From Candidatus Multivoradales bacterium (GTDB lineage Bacteria > Acidobacteriota > Thermoanaerobaculia > Multivoradales > JAHEKO01): DNA of 64,000 nucleotides. The DNA is taken from the NCBI GenBank assembly GCA_965248055.1, contig CBDFIJ010000004.1, positions 1,756,299 through 1,820,298 of the forward strand, in the 5' to 3' direction. The position numbers and the translations under genes were made by a program. Numbering within the stretch: position 1 is the first letter of the stretch; each line of letters begins with the position of its first letter. Shown here one piece after another: positions 40,122-48,901 of the stretch. The notes below the pieces were generated by a model. The model saw only the letters and a program-made list of their open reading frames with translations, did not search any database and was not told the origin of the DNA.

Positions 40122-41750
40122 ATGACGAAAATGCCATCAATGGCCATAAGGCAGGCACCCTTTAGGTTGGCAGTCGTTGGCCTAGCGCTGATTCTCTTTG
40201 CCCCGATTCCAGCCTTTCTGAGGCATCAAGAGTGGTCCGCGATCAATATCGACGGGGCCATCCTAGGACTACTTTGTCTCGCGATAGCCACACTGGTATT
40301 TCTTATCCCTGGAAGTCGGGGGCGAATCGGATTGAGCACTATCTATGCTCTAGCCATTCTCTGGTTCGTAGATTTTCAATTCCAAATGTTTTCGAGTTGG
40401 ATAGCCTTCGCTGCAGGGTCTGTCGTTGCTTTCGCAGTCTGCGTTGCCCTGTTTGAAAAGCTATCGGAACTAGCAACATTCGTCTTCGGCTTGATGATTC
40501 TTCTGTCATTGATTCCTGTGCGCAGCCGTGACCGCGAGGTAGGCGTAAGCGATCAACGGCTCCCACCGATTGTCTATTTAATCCTTGACGAACACATTGG
40601 GGTTGCAGGTGTTCCCGCTATCGAGCGTGGCCCCGAGATTCAAGAATTATTGCGTCGCGAGTACCTCCAGCGCGGGTTTCGAATCTACGAGAACGCGTAT
40701 TCACTACACGACTTCACTCACCATTCGCTCGCTTCGGTTCTCAACGCCAGTGACCGCAGCGATGGTTTCCTTCTGCCAGGAAAAAAAACCTGGCAGTGGG
40801 GAGTCCGCAAATCTAGTGTGTTGAGACACTGGGTAGATCAAGGATACCGCCTCCGAATCTATCAATCAGACTGGCTGGATCTATGTAACTTGGAGGGAAT
40901 CAAAGTGGAATCTTGCTTCACCTACAGTGCCTGGAGTATTAGCAATCTGGTGGAATATCCGTGGAATTCGGTTGAACGAACTAGTGGGATTCTTGTCGTC
41001 ATAGCGAATCGCTCACAAATTCTTCTTAAGATTCGCGGTTGGTATGACAGCCTTTCCAAGCAGGGTTTTGGAGGCTTGAACCTTCCAATGTGGCCGGTAC
41101 GAGCTAGCCGACCGGGTGCCTTGGTCGTCCGTTCCGCGACCAAGGTATTGCAACACGATCTTGAGTCCAATCCGCGGGGAACCGTTTTTCTCGCTCACCT
41201 GCTACATCCTCATTCTCCTTATGTATATGACGCCAACTGTGGGGTAAAGCCCAAAGGTGATTGGGCGGCACCATCGCTAGATCGAAAAGGTAAGGTAAGG
41301 GCTCTGCGGGAGAGCCGGACGACTCACTATCGTGATTACTTCGATCAGCTCGAGTGTCTAACCACCCAGATAGGAGAGCTAATTGATGCGATTGGTGAAA
41401 GTACCGAGTTGAGAGATGCGACTGTTCTAATCCACGGTGATCATGGGTCTCGTCTTTGGGTCAAACCACCGCGTACCTACAACAAGCCTACTGAAAGAGA
41501 CTTGTTGGATACTTTCTCAACTTTTCTTGCTGTTCGCGGCCCAATGATCCAGCCCGAACTCAATATTGAACCTGTACCCGTAAATCAAATTGTCGCCGAA
41601 CTCGCGGAGGTTCCGTTTGTTCTTCATGACGGTCCCGCGCCATACTCACGACCGAACTACTATGATCCTCCTCGTCACAAGTTGCCCCTTCCGTCGATCT
41701 GGCGGACATCGAACAACACACCTAAGGTCCGTCCGAAAACCCTCAACTAG
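40122..41750 (+). CDS. Membrane enzyme paralog B, same architecture as A (about 55 to 60% identical)
   Basis: Same motifs: 'PIVYLILDEH', 'YENAYSLHDFTHHS', 'LLHPHSPY' and 'LIHGDHGSR'. The start was chosen at MTKMPS, because the sequence gggatcgcgattATGACGAA is conserved with paralog A. Confidence 0.7.
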   Translation: MTKMPSMAIRQAPFRLAVVGLALILFAPIPAFLRHQEWSAINIDGAILGLLCLAIATLVFLIPGSRGRIGLSTIYALAILWFVDFQFQMFSSWIAFAAGSVVAFAVCVALFEKLSELATFVFGLMILLSLIPVRSRDREVGVSDQRLPPIVYLILDEHIGVAGVPAIERGPEIQELLRREYLQRGFRIYENAYSLHDFTHHSLASVLNASDRSDGFLLPGKKTWQWGVRKSSVLRHWVDQGYRLRIYQSDWLDLCNLEGIKVESCFTYSAWSISNLVEYPWNSVERTSGILVVIANRSQILLKIRGWYDSLSKQGFGGLNLPMWPVRASRPGALVVRSATKVLQHDLESNPRGTVFLAHLLHPHSPYVYDANCGVKPKGDWAAPSLDRKGKVRALRESRTTHYRDYFDQLECLTTQIGELIDAIGESTELRDATVLIHGDHGSRLWVKPPRTYNKPTERDLLDTFSTFLAVRGPMIQPELNIEPVPVNQIVAELAEVPFVLHDGPAPYSRPNYYDPPRHKLPLPSIWRTSNNTPKVRPKTLN

Positions 41751-41768
41751 CAATCGCAGGAGAATAAA

Positions 41769-42014
41769 ATGACGTCCTTCAGCTCAAGGAATATGACAGC
41801 CCCAACCTTGGTAGCAGTTGCCCTGTGTCTACTACTATCCCCTACCCCTGGGCATGCATATCTAGACCCTGGCACCGGAGGTATGGCGATTCAGGCGTTG
41901 ATCGCCATCCTCGCCGGAACCTGGCTCGCCATCCGGCTTTTTTGGTCGAGAATCGTTAGATTTTTCAAGCCAAAAGGATCTGATTCGGCATCGCCAGATT
42001 CAGAATCATCGTAG
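41769..42014 (+). CDS. Mini-protein: signal peptide, Y-L-D-P-G-T-G-G, one transmembrane helix, then a basic and acidic tail
   Basis: 81 aa. 'MTAPTLVAVALCLLLSPTPGHA' followed by 'YLDPGTGGMAIQALIAILAGTWLAIRLFWSRIVRFFKPK'. There is a paralogous truncated copy after paralog A. Confidence 0.55.
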   Translation: MTSFSSRNMTAPTLVAVALCLLLSPTPGHAYLDPGTGGMAIQALIAILAGTWLAIRLFWSRIVRFFKPKGSDSASPDSESS

Positions 42015-42057
42015 CGGAAGACTCTGGTTTTCAAGCCTTTCTTGATTCTCTTCCTCA

Positions 42058-43455
42058 ATGTATAACCCTGTGGAAACTGGCCTCCCTGAAGCTGAAGGGG
42101 GATCGTTTCGCGACCCTCGCGGCCACGTTCATATTGCCAACGGGCGGGTTTTTCGCACCATCTCTCCAGCCGCTTTGGACGACTTCCGTATGGTTGTCGA
42201 ATCCGGAGTGGTCGCCAAGCTCGAAGAGTCTGGCGATCTGGTACCGACCTGGGAGACGGATCAAGCAACCCCGAACACTACCGGTGACGCCAGTGTGGTC
42301 GTTGAGCATCCCTGCTTACCACTCATCAGCTACCCCTACGAATGGCCTTTTCAGCTGCTCAAACGAGCCGCATTGTTTCATCTCGACTTTCATCTCAAGT
42401 GCTTGGAGCACCGGGTGACCCTGACCGATGCGACGGCCTACAACGTCCAGTTTGTCGGGGTACGACCCGTTTTCATCGATCGCTTAGCTCTCAAACCCTA
42501 TTTCGAGGGCGAGTACTGGGCTGGGTATCGTCAGTTTTGCGAGCAGTTTCTCAATCCGCTGCTCCTGTCGTCTTTTCACGGAATCCCAATCCATCAGTGG
42601 TATCGGGGCTCGATTGAGGGAATCTCTGCTCGTGATACCGCCACCCTACTTCCACTGAAACGACGACTATCTCCTCGAGCTTGGATGCACGTGACACTTC
42701 AGGCCCGCCTCAATCGCGAACAGACTGCCCAAGTCTCCGACCGGGTCATCAAGCAACGCCCCTTGCCGCTCCCCGCTCTTCAGAGCATGCTACGGAGCTT
42801 CCACAAGTGGATCTCCCGATTGCAACCTCCTCAACGACCCACCGTTTGGGCAGACTACGACTCCACCCACGGATATACCGATACCGAGCAAGAGAAGAAA
42901 GCTAAAGCGATCGCGCGGTTTATCGAGGGCCACAAGCCAACAACCGTTTGGGACCTGGGTTGCAATACCGGGTTTTACTCGCAGATCGCATTGCAGCACG
43001 GAACGTCCTCAGTGATCGGACTGGACCTGGATGAAGGGGCCTTGGGAGGGGCTTTTGATCGCGCTCAATCCGAAAACCTAACCCTGACACCTTTGTTGTT
43101 CGACGCCGCCAACCCAACCCCGGCACAAGGATGGCGTCTGCGGGAGCGCAGCAGACTCGCTGAACGCTCAACCCCGGATGGCATTCTTGCCTTGGCAGTC
43201 CTGCACCATATGGTCTTAGGCCGCAATATCCCGCTACCGGAGGCGATCAAGTGGCTGGTGGGTCAAGCGAAGTGTGGCGTCATCGAGGCGGTACCCCGCA
43301 CCGACCCACAAGTGAAGCGGATGATGGTCTTTCGAGACCATCATCATGAATATGGGGTTGAAGAGATACGCCAGGAGCTGGCAAGGCAAGCCACCGTCAC
43401 AGAAACCGTCGTGGTATCGGAGTCAGGTCGAGAGTTGTTGTTTTTCAAGCGCTAG
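42058..43455 (+). CDS. Uncharacterised 465-aa protein with a C-terminal class-I SAM-dependent methyltransferase fold
   Basis: 'VWDLGCNTGFYS' is motif I, followed by 'VIGLDLDE'. The N-terminal roughly 270 aa are unrecognised. Confidence 0.6.
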   Translation: MYNPVETGLPEAEGGSFRDPRGHVHIANGRVFRTISPAALDDFRMVVESGVVAKLEESGDLVPTWETDQATPNTTGDASVVVEHPCLPLISYPYEWPFQLLKRAALFHLDFHLKCLEHRVTLTDATAYNVQFVGVRPVFIDRLALKPYFEGEYWAGYRQFCEQFLNPLLLSSFHGIPIHQWYRGSIEGISARDTATLLPLKRRLSPRAWMHVTLQARLNREQTAQVSDRVIKQRPLPLPALQSMLRSFHKWISRLQPPQRPTVWADYDSTHGYTDTEQEKKAKAIARFIEGHKPTTVWDLGCNTGFYSQIALQHGTSSVIGLDLDEGALGGAFDRAQSENLTLTPLLFDAANPTPAQGWRLRERSRLAERSTPDGILALAVLHHMVLGRNIPLPEAIKWLVGQAKCGVIEAVPRTDPQVKRMMVFRDHHHEYGVEEIRQELARQATVTETVVVSESGRELLFFKR

Positions 43456-44681
43456 AATGCGGAGTCCACGACCACTTTGACAAATCGCCTCTTGCCCACC
43501 TTGACCACATAACCGGAGAGATTGTCTGGCAATTCAACCCGAGGGTCTTGGGCTCTTTCACCGTCGATCGACACCGCGCCCTGCTGAACCAACCGTTGAG
43601 CCTCTTTGTTGGAGGACGCCAGCCCCGCGAAGGTAAGTGCTTTAAACAGTTGCATCGGAACGATCGAGACCTGTGGAATGTCTTCCGGAATGCCTCCGTC
43701 GGAAAACACTTCGCCAAACTCTCGGGCCGCTTGGTCCGCCACCGAATCGCCATGCAGATCTGCAGTTAGCGTCTGCGCCAATTGACGCTTGGCGTCCATC
43801 GGATGGAGATCGCCCTCGGAGACTCGATCCTTCAAGGCTTCAATCTCCACCTCTTGTAGATCGGTCAATAATAGCCACCAATCCCACATCTGCTGATCGG
43901 AGATCGACATCGTCTTGCCATAGACCTCCGCCGGCGGGTCGGTCAACCCGATCGCATTGCCGAGACTCTTGGACATTTTGTCGACGCCGTCAGTGCCTAC
44001 CAACAGCGGCACAGTCAAGACCACTTGAGGTTCCATGCCTTCCTCTTTCATCAACTGACGACCTACCAGTAGATTGAAGATCTGGTCGTGACCGCCCAAC
44101 TCAACGTCTGCTTTCATGGCAATCGAGTCGTAGCCTTGAACCAAGGGATAGAGCAACTCGTGGATACTGATCGGCTGGTTTGCCGCGAAACGAGTACGAA
44201 AGTCGTCACGCTCCATCATCCGCGCCAAGGTGTAGCGACCAGCGAGCCGAATCAGCCCTTCTGACCCCAACTCGTCGAGCCACCTGGAGTTGTAGTCAAT
44301 CGTGGTTTGCTCTCGATCCAGAATGCGCACCACTTGCTCTTCATAGGTGCGGGCGTTGGTTAGCACCTCTTGGGCAGTGAGTTGAGGCCGGGTGGCCTTC
44401 TTGCCCGTCGGGTCGCCTATTCGTGCAGTGAAGTCGCCAACCAGAAAGACCACTGAGTGTCCTAAATCTTGGAAGTGCTTCATCTTGCGCAGCAAGACGG
44501 TGTGCCCGAGATGAAGATCAGCCGTTGAAGGATCAAAGCCAGCCTTGATCGTCAGCGGCTGGCCAGACTTGCGCGACGCCTCCAGCTTGCGCGCAAACTG
44601 CTCGGAATTAATCAGGTCAACCGAACCCCGACTGAGCAGGGCTAGCTGCTGCTCAACTGGAAGAAACTCCGAATTAGACAC
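43452..44681 (-). CDS. tyrS: Tyrosyl-tRNA synthetase
   Basis: 'HLGH' and 'KMSKSLGN' class-I motifs, with a C-terminal S4-like domain. 409 aa. Confidence 0.9.
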   Translation of the reverse strand: MSNSEFLPVEQQLALLSRGSVDLINSEQFARKLEASRKSGQPLTIKAGFDPSTADLHLGHTVLLRKMKHFQDLGHSVVFLVGDFTARIGDPTGKKATRPQLTAQEVLTNARTYEEQVVRILDREQTTIDYNSRWLDELGSEGLIRLAGRYTLARMMERDDFRTRFAANQPISIHELLYPLVQGYDSIAMKADVELGGHDQIFNLLVGRQLMKEEGMEPQVVLTVPLLVGTDGVDKMSKSLGNAIGLTDPPAEVYGKTMSISDQQMWDWWLLLTDLQEVEIEALKDRVSEGDLHPMDAKRQLAQTLTADLHGDSVADQAAREFGEVFSDGGIPEDIPQVSIVPMQLFKALTFAGLASSNKEAQRLVQQGAVSIDGERAQDPRVELPDNLSGYVVKVGKRRFVKVVVDSAF

Positions 44682-44901
44682 CGCAGGAGCTTAGCATCGG
44701 CCAAGCAAATCACTACCAAGAGGAACAGATACGTCGGCTACAGGTACGTGAACACCATTGGGATGTCGAGCCTAGATCCAGAGCCTGAGGTGCTGGGTCT
44801 ACGACGACTGTCGAGTGTGCTGACGATATTACCAAGCGAAGAGTCGGGACCGTTCGCGGGGACATTGATTAGCAGCGATAGCTCCTGAGGCAGAGGCAAC
44901 G

Positions 44902-46270
44902 GAGTTATTGTCAAAAGTTGTGTATTGAGCCATCAGGCGGCGATCTGTTTTTGTTTTTCTCCGTCCACGAACTGGAGACCTTCAACGACTTCGGCAATGC
45001 GCCTGTAGCCCTGTAGCCTCCGCCATCGTTTTTCTGCGCTTTGGCACAGCTTGAAGACCATCGAGAGCATGGTTTCTCGCGACAGACAGCCCCGGGTTTT
45101 GGAGGTTCTCAAGCGTACGGTAGCAAAAGTTGATGCGATTGGGTTGGTGGTCCTCAAATGCACCCAGTGCTCAGCCGGGAAATCGTAGAAAGCGAGTAGC
45201 TGGACGCGATCTTTGACCAAGCACTGGACTGCTTTCGGATATTTAGCTTGGTAGATTGCCTGGAATGCATCAAAAGCCCTCTCGGCATCGTGACGTGTCT
45301 GCGCCATCCAGATTTGGTGGATTGCCTGCTTGGCCTTGGGCTGGATCGCCTTGGGGAGCTTATTCAAGACGTTGGCCGTCTTGTGGACCCAGCAGCGCTG
45401 GGTCTTGGTATTTCCCCACACCTGAGCCAGAGCCTTCCAGAAACCCAGATTGCCGTCACCGATTGCGATCTTAGGCTCGAATGTAAGGCCTCTTGCTTCC
45501 AGGCCTCGCAACAGCTCCAGCCATGACGCCTCACTCTCCCGGTAACCGTCTTCAACAGCGATCAGTTCTTTGTTGCCGTCCGCAGTGGCACCAATTAACA
45601 CCAGCAAGCAGAGCTTGGCGTTATCCAGGCGAGCCTTGCAGTAAATGCCGTCAGCCCATACATAGACGTAGCGCTTGGACGAAAGATCGCGCTGCCGCCA
45701 TTCGCTGTACTCCTGGCCCCAGACGCGTTTGAGGCGGCTCACCGTCGAAGACGAAAGACCTGGCGCTTCAGGGCCCACCAAAGCTTCCAGAGCTCGTGAG
45801 AAGTCCCCGGTAGAAATCCCCCGTAAGTATAGCCAGGGCAAGAGATCCGCGATGCTCTTGGACCGGCGCAGATACGGTGGCACTAGATTGGAGCGAAAAT
45901 GAAGCTCACCCTGGCGATCCCGCACCCGTGGCACTTTGACCGAAATGCCGCCGATTCCGGTCTGGATCTCCCGCTCTGGCATGTAGCCGTTTCTCACCAA
46001 CCGCCGGTGACCGACCGCCGTACGTTGATCTTGGTACTCAACCAAAAAACTCTCCACCTCTGCCTCGATTGCTTCGCAAAGAAGCAACCGTGAACCTCGG
46101 CGCAAGACCTCGGTCAGAGCGTCCTCAGGACGCTCTACTTGATCGATTGAAACTACGTTACTCTTGCTCAACGGCGTGTCCTCCTTTTGGGATGATTGAA
46201 CCCAGCTTTGAAAACCGGGCTCAGGATACGCCGCCTTCAAACTCTCATACACAACTTTTGGTTATATCTC
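44902..46270 (-). mobile_element. IS256-family insertion sequence, intact, flanked by a 9-bp direct repeat GAGGCAACG (44893..44901 and 46271..46279)
   Basis: Terminal inverted repeats GAGtTATtgtCAAAAGTTGTGTAT and ATACACAACTTTTGgttATAtCTC. A perfect 9-bp flanking duplication is visible in the sequence. Confidence 0.85.
44933..46252 (-). CDS. IS256-family (mutator-type) transposase
   Basis: 439 aa, with an '...WADGIYCKAR...' DDE region and an IS256-like N-terminus. Confidence 0.85.
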   Translation of the reverse strand: MYESLKAAYPEPGFQSWVQSSQKEDTPLSKSNVVSIDQVERPEDALTEVLRRGSRLLLCEAIEAEVESFLVEYQDQRTAVGHRRLVRNGYMPEREIQTGIGGISVKVPRVRDRQGELHFRSNLVPPYLRRSKSIADLLPWLYLRGISTGDFSRALEALVGPEAPGLSSSTVSRLKRVWGQEYSEWRQRDLSSKRYVYVWADGIYCKARLDNAKLCLLVLIGATADGNKELIAVEDGYRESEASWLELLRGLEARGLTFEPKIAIGDGNLGFWKALAQVWGNTKTQRCWVHKTANVLNKLPKAIQPKAKQAIHQIWMAQTRHDAERAFDAFQAIYQAKYPKAVQCLVKDRVQLLAFYDFPAEHWVHLRTTNPIASTFATVRLRTSKTRGCLSRETMLSMVFKLCQSAEKRWRRLQGYRRIAEVVEGLQFVDGEKQKQIAA

Positions 46271-46496
46271 GAGGCAACGTGGTTGACCCCACATGCACAA
46301 CATCTCTTAACTATCGTTGCATTCCGCGGCACCACGGTTACATCTCGGTACAATTAATCAAGGATCTGGCAATATGTGTAGTGGACCTGCATGAAAACCA
46401 ATCGCCGGTTCGCCCGTCTTCGTCCGTTGCAGACATTCCAAGTGCGAGCACTAATAAGGTTCTTCGTCTTGATGCCAAGGTCTCCTAGGAGTCCCG

Positions 46497-48068
46497 TTGA
46501 CTGACAGCAAACGTAGCTCCACTTCACCGAAGATCTCCTTCTGGACAGCTGTTCTCGCGCTAGCCCTGATTCTTTTCGCTGTCTTCCCACCGTTTTTTCG
46601 TCACCATGGCTTGTCGTTTCTAAGCCTGGAGCTTGTCGCTTTCGCCTTGATCTGCGGTTTTTTATCTAGCGTACTTCACCTCATCCCCGCGACTAGAACG
46701 CGGTGGTTTTCAAGCACAATCTTGGGTGCTGCCTTGACTCTGCTTATCGACATTCAATTCGGTTCGATCTCAAGCGAGCTTTCTCTGATCGGACATCTCT
46801 TCGTCACAACGGGTGTTTGCGTACTTTTGTTTCCCCATGCTCATCGAGTGCTCACGGCGTTCGCTGGAGTTCTTATCCTGCTTTCTCCAACCGTGGCCAC
46901 CAAAAGCACCAGCACTCCCAGTCACCACCAGATCGAACGAGACACTTCGTTGCCGCCGATTGTCTATCTGATTCTCGATGAACACATCGGCATAGGAGGT
47001 ATCTCCAATCAGTTTGTACAAGAGCGCACCAAGATTCTCGGTGAATACATACAACGGGGATTCCTAGTCTACGAAAACGCTTACTCACTGCACGACATGA
47101 CTCTTGCATCCATGGGATCTCTTCTTAATGCCCGCCCGACAGTTGAGCATGCGATCGAAGGCAATCGTCAAGAAGGCTTCTCTTTATCGAAATCTGTACT
47201 CTTTCGGTATTGGGCAGATCTAGGATATCGCTTCTCTATCTATCAATCTGAGTATCTTGATTACTGCTCTGCAGCAAAACCGGCGGTCGACCTCTGCATA
47301 ACCTACGATCAATACATTGGGCTCGACGTTCTGAAACCTCTTGAGACCATCGACTACACGGTCACCGCACTATTCTCAAGATCCGAGATTGCTATGAAAG
47401 GAAGGGTCCGTTACAACTTTCTACGTAACAAGGTACCCCAGTCGATACGGCCGCCACGATTGCCTCCGCCGCCAACCGGCTCTTGGGCGGCAAGATCTCG
47501 TGTCGCATTGGATGAGATGCGCAAACAGGCGCTTGTCGACCCAGAAGGAAGAGTATTCTTTGCACACCTACTCCATCCGCACAAACCGCACATCTATGAC
47601 CAGGAGTGCCGCCCAAGGAGGTCGACGAGGTCGTCGATCCTTTCGTCTTCGCATTACATGGACCAAGTGTTGTGCATTACAAAGCAGCTCGGCGAAACCC
47701 TTGACGAATTGCTCTCGCTCCCTTCATTCAAAGATGCTGTGGTAGTTGTCCACGGAGATCACGGTCCTAGGCTTATGGGGGATCTTGCGCTCAATGGTGA
47801 CAAGGAGATCCCACAGGAATTCATCATTGATAGGTTTTCAACATTCCTTGCGATAAAGACACCTGAAGTTGCTTCTGGTATAACTCGGTTTCCCACTTCG
47901 ATCAACTCAGAAATTCCTGCAATTTGGTCTATACCCAACTCCGTACCCCACAAACCTATGCTTCAATTGACCCAAAACCTTATGACGGTTGAGTCACTGA
48001 CAGATCGGAAAGTGCAGGCCATCAACCTTCCGGATTTTTGGGGTTTATCGGTGTCCATGAAGCCTTGA
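46497..48068 (+). CDS. Membrane enzyme paralog C (about 35 to 40% identical to A and B), TTG start
   Basis: 'PIVYLILDEHIGIGG', 'YENAYSLHDMT', 'LLHPHKPH' and 'VVHGDHGPR'. RBS 'aggag' 8 nt before the TTG. Confidence 0.65.
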   Translation: MTDSKRSSTSPKISFWTAVLALALILFAVFPPFFRHHGLSFLSLELVAFALICGFLSSVLHLIPATRTRWFSSTILGAALTLLIDIQFGSISSELSLIGHLFVTTGVCVLLFPHAHRVLTAFAGVLILLSPTVATKSTSTPSHHQIERDTSLPPIVYLILDEHIGIGGISNQFVQERTKILGEYIQRGFLVYENAYSLHDMTLASMGSLLNARPTVEHAIEGNRQEGFSLSKSVLFRYWADLGYRFSIYQSEYLDYCSAAKPAVDLCITYDQYIGLDVLKPLETIDYTVTALFSRSEIAMKGRVRYNFLRNKVPQSIRPPRLPPPPTGSWAARSRVALDEMRKQALVDPEGRVFFAHLLHPHKPHIYDQECRPRRSTRSSILSSSHYMDQVLCITKQLGETLDELLSLPSFKDAVVVVHGDHGPRLMGDLALNGDKEIPQEFIIDRFSTFLAIKTPEVASGITRFPTSINSEIPAIWSIPNSVPHKPMLQLTQNLMTVESLTDRKVQAINLPDFWGLSVSMKP

Positions 48069-48111
48069 ATACTCGTGTTGCTGCCCAAAGCCACTTCGTT
48101 ACCTTAGTTCG

Positions 48112-48888
48112 CTAGTTGCAAATCTCACCCTGCGCCAATAACCGAGCATCGCCTCGCAGGTACGCCTGGCCATCGGCAAACTCGGCAATCAGTTCAAAGC
48201 CGGCCGCTGTCACCACAGTGAAGGGCTCGGAACCGCTGGCAAGGCACCAAGCGGTGGCAATGACTCCAGTTCCAGAGGCTAAAGTCTCGTCTTCGACCCC
48301 CCGCTCAAAGCTACGCATGTCCACCACGCTCTTCAACCGCTCCTGGACAAATGCGACGTTGGCTCCTTCAGGCTTCAAGTCTTGATGGCCACGGATTGCC
48401 GCGCCCAAGTGAACTACCGGGACTTCCTGCAGTGGACCCTCCCAGGGCAGTACCGCGTAGGGTACGCCGACATCCACTAGGTGGACGGTGAATTCGCCAT
48501 CCTCCACGGCGAGGGGCCTGACCTCAATCTGTGGTGATTGCCATTCCCAGTTGAGGGCCACGGTCTCAGGGTCCAATACCTGGCCGCTCACCGGACCACT
48601 GTCTGTGGCAATCGTCAGAGAATCACCCCAATCTAGCTCTGAGGCCAATCGCACAGCGCAACGGACACCGTTGAGGCACAGCTCAGCCCGCCCTCCATCA
48701 GCGTTGAAATGGACCATCCGCACCTGGATATCTTGACGCCTGAGAACGAACACCCCGTCTGCTCCCAGTGAGACGCCTCTGCGGCATACCTGCTGGACCC
48801 ACCGTGCATCCGGGTCTTCTTTTGGCTCGACCAGGACGATGAAGTCGTTGCCCGCACCAGAAAGCTTGTAAAACGGTGTCCGCGCCAT
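48112..48888 (-). CDS. dapF: Diaminopimelate epimerase
   Basis: 'KLSGAGNDFIVL' N-terminal motif and a second 'G.G' active-site half. 258 aa. Confidence 0.85.
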   Translation of the reverse strand: MARTPFYKLSGAGNDFIVLVEPKEDPDARWVQQVCRRGVSLGADGVFVLRRQDIQVRMVHFNADGGRAELCLNGVRCAVRLASELDWGDSLTIATDSGPVSGQVLDPETVALNWEWQSPQIEVRPLAVEDGEFTVHLVDVGVPYAVLPWEGPLQEVPVVHLGAAIRGHQDLKPEGANVAFVQERLKSVVDMRSFERGVEDETLASGTGVIATAWCLASGSEPFTVVTAAGFELIAEFADGQAYLRGDARLLAQGEICN

Positions 48889-48901
48889 CGCGTTCTTTAG
48901 A

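Noticed and set aside
44682-44901. T-box leader upstream of tyrS, suggested by the Bacillus-like synteny elsewhere
   Set aside because: The conserved T-box sequence (AATTAGGGTGGTACCGCG) and its reverse complement are not found in the leader.
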